Source: a virus
Taxonomy: Duplodnaviria > Heunggongvirae > Uroviricota > Caudoviricetes
Reading direction: 5' to 3' (one strand)
IMG/VR virus record: IMGVR_UViG_3300047159_000049
Length of the DNA stretch: 47,051 bases
In this document: in pieces, positions 43,258 through 47,051 of the stretch
Layout of the letters: the number at the start of each line of letters is the position of its first letter
Numbering within the stretch: the stretch's first letter is position 1
Position numbers and translations under genes: made by a program
Notes under the pieces: generated by a model
What the model was told of the DNA's origin: nothing
The model's input: only the letters and a program-made list of their open reading frames with translations
Databases searched by the model: none

Positions 43258-44015
43258 ACAGCGTCGCCCCTAAGCTGGAGATCACGTTCGGACGGGACGT
43301 CAAGAACTCGTTCAAGTCGATGAAGTGGTATGAGTGGGTCATGGCAGCCGCCATGGTCGCCATCGCCGGATACTATATGATCGCCGCGTTCGTCAAGCCC
43401 ACCGAGGGAGGCAACCCCGGCTGGCTCACCGTCGTCAATTTCGTCTCGGCGATCTGCGGGATCGTCTGCGTCTTCTTCACCGCGAAGGCATCGACGGCCA
43501 ACTTCGTGTTCGGCGCCGTCAACACCGTCGTCTACATCGTCTATCTCGCATACTGGAAGATCTACGGCACGATGTGCCTCGAGCTCATCGTCTACATGCC
43601 GATGAACTTCGTGTCATGGGCGATCTGGGCGAAGCACAAGGATGAGCGGGAGCATCAGCTCACGAAGTCGCGCAAGCTGACCTGGTGGCAGGATCTCATC
43701 GCCCTCGCATTCGTCGCCGGGGTCACGATGGCGTTCAAGTATTGGCTGCTCCCCATCATGAACAGCGACGAAGACGTCGCCTGGCTCGACGCCGTCACCG
43801 TGGCGATCGGGGTCGTGGCCGTGTTCCTCGAGGCGTTCCGCTTCCGGGAGCAATACGTCCTCTGGCTCGTCACCGACGTCATCGCCGTCGCGATGTACAT
43901 CATCCACCTCGATCCGGTCTATCTCACCAAGAAGAGCATCTATCTCGTCATGGCCGTCATTGGCCTTATCAACTGGATCAGGCTCAACAAAGACCGCAAC
44001 AAGTCCAACGAGTGA
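43242..44015 (+). CDS. pnuC: Nicotinamide riboside transporter PnuC
   Basis: GGAGG RBS supports ATG 43242. Multiple TM segments; NFVFGAVN and WLDAVTV...REQYVLWLVTD motifs. Confidence 0.85.
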   Translation: MDSQVNSVAPKLEITFGRDVKNSFKSMKWYEWVMAAAMVAIAGYYMIAAFVKPTEGGNPGWLTVVNFVSAICGIVCVFFTAKASTANFVFGAVNTVVYIVYLAYWKIYGTMCLELIVYMPMNFVSWAIWAKHKDEREHQLTKSRKLTWWQDLIALAFVAGVTMAFKYWLLPIMNSDEDVAWLDAVTVAIGVVAVFLEAFRFREQYVLWLVTDVIAVAMYIIHLDPVYLTKKSIYLVMAVIGLINWIRLNKDRNKSNE

Positions 44016-44038
44016 ATCCCAAGGAGGGAATCCGAATT

Positions 44039-44815
44039 ATGAACATCCAAAGCCTCAGCGTGGTCGTCCCCAACAACGGCTGCGTCAACAACTGCAGATT
44101 CTGCTGCGTCAAGATGCACGCCGACTCGTACAAGAACCAGCTCGACTGCAACCTGCCGTTCTACGACCTCTATCTGAAGGACTACATGGAGCGTCTCGCC
44201 TTCGCCCGCGACAACGGATGCAACACCGTCATGATCACGGGCGACAGCGAGCCTCAGCAGAACCGCCAGTTCATGGAGTTCTTCGGCACGATCAACAAAG
44301 CCCTCGACAAGCCGTTCCGCAACATCGAGATGCAGACCACCGGCACCCGCCTCGACGACGGATACCTGCGCTTCCTGCGCAACCACGTCGGGGTGAAGAC
44401 CATCAGCGTGTCGGTCTCCAGCTTCGACGACGGGGAAAATAATTTAATTATCGGCACGAGAGGGGAGGGGTCTTTCATCAAGCTCGCCTGGCTGTGCGGG
44501 GAGATCGTCAAATACGATTTCAACCTCCGCCTCAGCGTCAACCTCCTCAGCACGTTCGACAAGCTGACCCCGGAGGAGATCTTCGCCAAAGCTAAGGAGC
44601 TCGGGGCCAACCAAGTCACGTTCCGCATCATGTACACCAACGGCGAGAGCTGCCCGCAGAACGACTTCCTCGCCAAGTGCAACGGCGACCCGAAGCACAC
44701 GGCGTCCATCACGGACTACGTCCTCAAGAACGGGCGCCCGCTGGAGAAGCTCGAGTACGGCCGCATGCGCTACAGCGTCAACGGCATCTCCGTCGTCGTC
44801 GATGACGACTGCTAA
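44039..44815 (+). CDS. Radical SAM protein
   Basis: CxxxCxxC motif CVNNCRFC, ITGDSEP and EMQTTG; start 44039 after an AAGGAGG RBS. Confidence 0.8.
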   Translation: MNIQSLSVVVPNNGCVNNCRFCCVKMHADSYKNQLDCNLPFYDLYLKDYMERLAFARDNGCNTVMITGDSEPQQNRQFMEFFGTINKALDKPFRNIEMQTTGTRLDDGYLRFLRNHVGVKTISVSVSSFDDGENNLIIGTRGEGSFIKLAWLCGEIVKYDFNLRLSVNLLSTFDKLTPEEIFAKAKELGANQVTFRIMYTNGESCPQNDFLAKCNGDPKHTASITDYVLKNGRPLEKLEYGRMRYSVNGISVVVDDDC

Positions 44816-44832
44816 GAAGGAGGCAAAATAAT

Positions 44833-45636
44833 ATGAAAGGCTACAAAGGATTCGACAAGGATTTGAAATGCCGAGGATTCCAATACGAGGTTGGCAAGAC
44901 CTACGAATGCGAAGGAAAGGTTGCGCTCTGCGAGAACGGATTCCATTTCTGCGAAGACCCGAAGAATATCCGTGGTTACTACGCCGACTTGACCGTCTTG
45001 CCGCTATTGCGAGGTCGAGGCATCCGGGGAAATCGTCAATGGTGACGGCAAGTGCGTTTGCTCGAAGATAACCATCGTGCGGGAAATCCCTTTGCAGGAG
45101 TTCCTCGCTCTCGTAAACGAAGGAACGGGAAATAATGGATGGTCGAACGAGGGCGACTCGAACAAGGGCGACTCGAACAAGGGCGACTCGAACGAGGGCG
45201 ACTCGAACAAGGGCGACTCGAACAAGGGCGACTGGAACAAGGGCGACTCGAACAAGGGCAACTGAACGAGGGCGACTCGAACGAGGGCGACTGGAACAAG
45301 GGCGACTCGAACGAGGGCGACTCGAACGAGGGCAACTGAACAAGGGCGACTCGAACGAGGGGGAACGACTCGAACAAGGGCGACTCGAACAAGGGCGACT
45401 GGAACGAGGGCGACTGGAACAAGGGCAACTCGAACAAGGGCGACTCGAACGAGGGCGACTCGAACAAGGGCGACTCGAACGAGGGCGACTCGAACATCGG
45501 CTCATACAATCGCGCCGATGGAGCGTGCGGAATCTTCAACACGGACGGAGGTTGCGTAATCTTCAACGGATACACGCCAATGAAGCACACCGAAATCGAG
45601 AAGACGGACGGATACCGATATTTGGCATCGTGCATC
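44833..45636 (+). pseudogene. DUF7666-type N-terminal domain plus N-x-G-D-x pentapeptide-repeat gene; four frameshifts and 3' end lost
   Basis: MKGYKGFDKDLKCRGFQYEVGKTY...GFHFCE; frame continues as CRYCEVEASG after +1 near 44999, then -1 (45263), -1 (45337) and +4 (about 45362). The tail GIFNT...IFNGYTPM joins pncB. Confidence 0.75.
45146..45492 (+). repeat. 15-bp tandem repeat, 23 units (AAC [A/G]AG GGC [G/A]AC T[C/G]G)
   Basis: 347 bp = 23 x 15 + 2, matching indels of -1, -1 and +4. Confidence 0.9.
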
Positions 45637-46755
45637 CACAAGCACACGAACCTCATGGGCGAGTATGTCTTCAAATGCCGGAAAAAAGGCGTCCGGTTCA
45701 CCAAGGAGATGCTCGACGAGATCTGCCAGCAGGTCGATCATCTCTGTTCGCTTTCCTTCACCAAGGAGGAGCTTGACTATCTCCGCACGATCCGGTTCCT
45801 CAAGCCGGACTACGTCGAGTTCCTTCGCCTATGGCATCCGATCCGCGATTACGTCTCGGTCAGCCTCGGATCCGACGGATCCCTCGGCATCCGGGTCAAG
45901 GGGCCGCTGTACTCCGCCATGCAGTTCGAGATCTATCTGCTCGAGATCGTCAACGAGGTCTATTTCAGGATGTCGTACGATTACGCCGATCTGATCCGCG
46001 AGGCCGGAGCGCGCCTTGACGAGAAGATCCGGAAATTCGACTCCGGCGAATACTCGTTCAAGTTCGCCGAGTTCGGATGCCGGAGGCGCCTCTCCCGCGA
46101 ATGGGAGGACGAAGTGGTCCGCAGGCTGACCTCCGAGACCCACAACTGCGTCGGGACGTCCAACGTCTACCTCGCCATGAGATACCATCTGCTCCCCGTC
46201 GGGACCTACGCGCACGAATTCGTCCAGATGTACCAAGGGATCGACACGATCCCATTGGCGATGACGAACAAGCTCGCCCTCAGGGAATGGTTCGAGGAGT
46301 ACAACGGCGACAACGGAACGGCCCTGACCGACACCATCACCACCGACTGCTTCCTGCTCGACTTCGACAAAGTCCAGGCCACCATGTACACCGGCGTCCG
46401 CCATGACAGCGGGGACCCGTATGCGTGGGGCGAGAAGATGCTGGCCCATTACGATAGGCTCGGCATCGACCCGAAGACGAAGACGCTCCTCTTCTCCGAC
46501 TCGCTCACCTGCGACAGGGCCCAGGAGATCTACGATCATTTCAAAGGCCGCTGCAAGGTGGCCTTCGGGATCGGCACCCACTTCACCAACGACACCGACC
46601 ACGACGCCCTCAACATCGTGATCAAGCTGCAATACGTCAACGGACGCCCGGTCGCCAAGCTGTCCGACTGCCCCGGCAAGACGATGTGCCAGGACGACCG
46701 ATTCACTGACTACCTTAGGGAGACCGTCTCCCGCCGGGTGGCCATCGGGAAATAA
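45580..46755 (+). CDS. pncB: Nicotinate phosphoribosyltransferase PncB, N-terminally truncated/fused
   Basis: EFGCRR, GTSNV, PVGTYAHE, TDT, GVRHDSGDP, FSDSL, FGIGT and PVAKLSD.PGK are present. The N-terminal SLLDTDxYK block is absent. Confidence 0.85.
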   Translation: MKHTEIEKTDGYRYLASCIHKHTNLMGEYVFKCRKKGVRFTKEMLDEICQQVDHLCSLSFTKEELDYLRTIRFLKPDYVEFLRLWHPIRDYVSVSLGSDGSLGIRVKGPLYSAMQFEIYLLEIVNEVYFRMSYDYADLIREAGARLDEKIRKFDSGEYSFKFAEFGCRRRLSREWEDEVVRRLTSETHNCVGTSNVYLAMRYHLLPVGTYAHEFVQMYQGIDTIPLAMTNKLALREWFEEYNGDNGTALTDTITTDCFLLDFDKVQATMYTGVRHDSGDPYAWGEKMLAHYDRLGIDPKTKTLLFSDSLTCDRAQEIYDHFKGRCKVAFGIGTHFTNDTDHDALNIVIKLQYVNGRPVAKLSDCPGKTMCQDDRFTDYLRETVSRRVAIGK

Positions 46756-46781
46756 AAAAATAATCCCAGGAGGGACGCATC

Positions 46782-47036
46782 ATGGACGATTTCCTCAAAG
46801 GCTTCATCCCGCACAAGCCCAAAGTCTTCTACTGCGGGGGCAACACGCCGAAGAAGCAATTGGCTTCCTATGGCAAGGACAACGCCGAATGGATGGCCGG
46901 GATCCTTGACGGCGGAAACGCCGAGGCGATCGACGAGCTCCGAGGCATCCTGTCCTTATGGGACATGACGATCGGGGACGCCGTCGACGTCATAAAGGAT
47001 TTCGGCATCCCATGCAATTACGCAGGAAGGAAGTGA
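46782..47036 (+). CDS. Hypothetical protein
   Basis: AGGAGG RBS; 84 aa. Confidence 0.7.
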   Translation: MDDFLKGFIPHKPKVFYCGGNTPKKQLASYGKDNAEWMAGILDGGNAEAIDELRGILSLWDMTIGDAVDVIKDFGIPCNYAGRK

Positions 47037-47051
47037 CCATCATATGACTCC

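Noticed and set aside
11446-43685. ORF-track starts at 11446, 13382, 14114, 20234, 21062, 34413, 37021, 37674, 39630, 40423, 41670, 41951, 42843 and 43685
   Set aside because: Downstream starts have clear RBS, promoter or ATGA-coupling support; upstream extensions overlap other genes or promoters.
45260-45340. TGA-to-Trp stop-codon reassignment
   Set aside because: Each TGA arises from a missing G and shifts the frame; TGA, TAG and TAA all end normal genes elsewhere in the window.
45146-45492. 15-bp repeat as a CRISPR array
   Set aside because: No unique spacers; units are in-frame codons for an N-x-G-D-x pentapeptide; no cas genes.
45146-45492. AAC-rich repeat as a diversity-generating retroelement TR/VR
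   Set aside because: No reverse transcriptase or separate TR/VR pair in the window; variation includes C/G changes, not only adenines.
44444-46632. Long antisense ORFs (44444-45505, 45829-46632; likewise 37003-37806, 11947-12552, 2128-2811, 1475-1975)
   Set aside because: Shadows of real genes on the opposite strand caused by high GC3 or repeats; no RBS or recognisable motifs.
1-47051. tRNA, rRNA or tmRNA genes
   Set aside because: Intergenic gaps are short and accounted for by promoters and terminators; no cloverleaf or T-loop motifs seen by eye. tRNAscan-SE or ARAGORN would be decisive.

Overview
This window looks like part of a large tailed (jumbo) phage genome in the standard genetic code. 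It is probably related to the AR9/phiR1-37/phiKZ-type phages that encode their own RNA polymerases, and the host is probably a Bacillota bacterium. Both assignments are inferred from protein motifs and promoter patterns, not from a database search. Late virion genes (head-associated proteins, a tail-tube-like protein, a baseplate wedge, an Ig-like protein, a Dps fusion and a DHH phosphoesterase fusion) each sit behind a shared GAACAATnnATTAT motif. They are interleaved with early/accessory genes that sit behind ATATATnAT or host sigma-A-type promoters. The window also holds an apparently intact IS200/IS605 element (tnpA+tnpB) and, at the right end, an NAD-salvage cluster (NadR-type NMNAT domain, pnuC, radical SAM, a frameshifted pentapeptide-repeat gene fused to an N-terminally truncated pncB). 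The most striking unexplained signal is a shared 9-residue C-terminal motif, [D/E/S]-S-[I/L]-x-h-[D/N/Q/E]-x-x-[I/L/V]-stop, on about 18 otherwise dissimilar hypothetical proteins between 5.5 and 37 kb. A 47-bp tandem duplication copies exactly the DNA encoding one such tag. This suggests an undescribed C-terminal addressing, docking or degradation system. No tRNA, rRNA or CRISPR array was seen.
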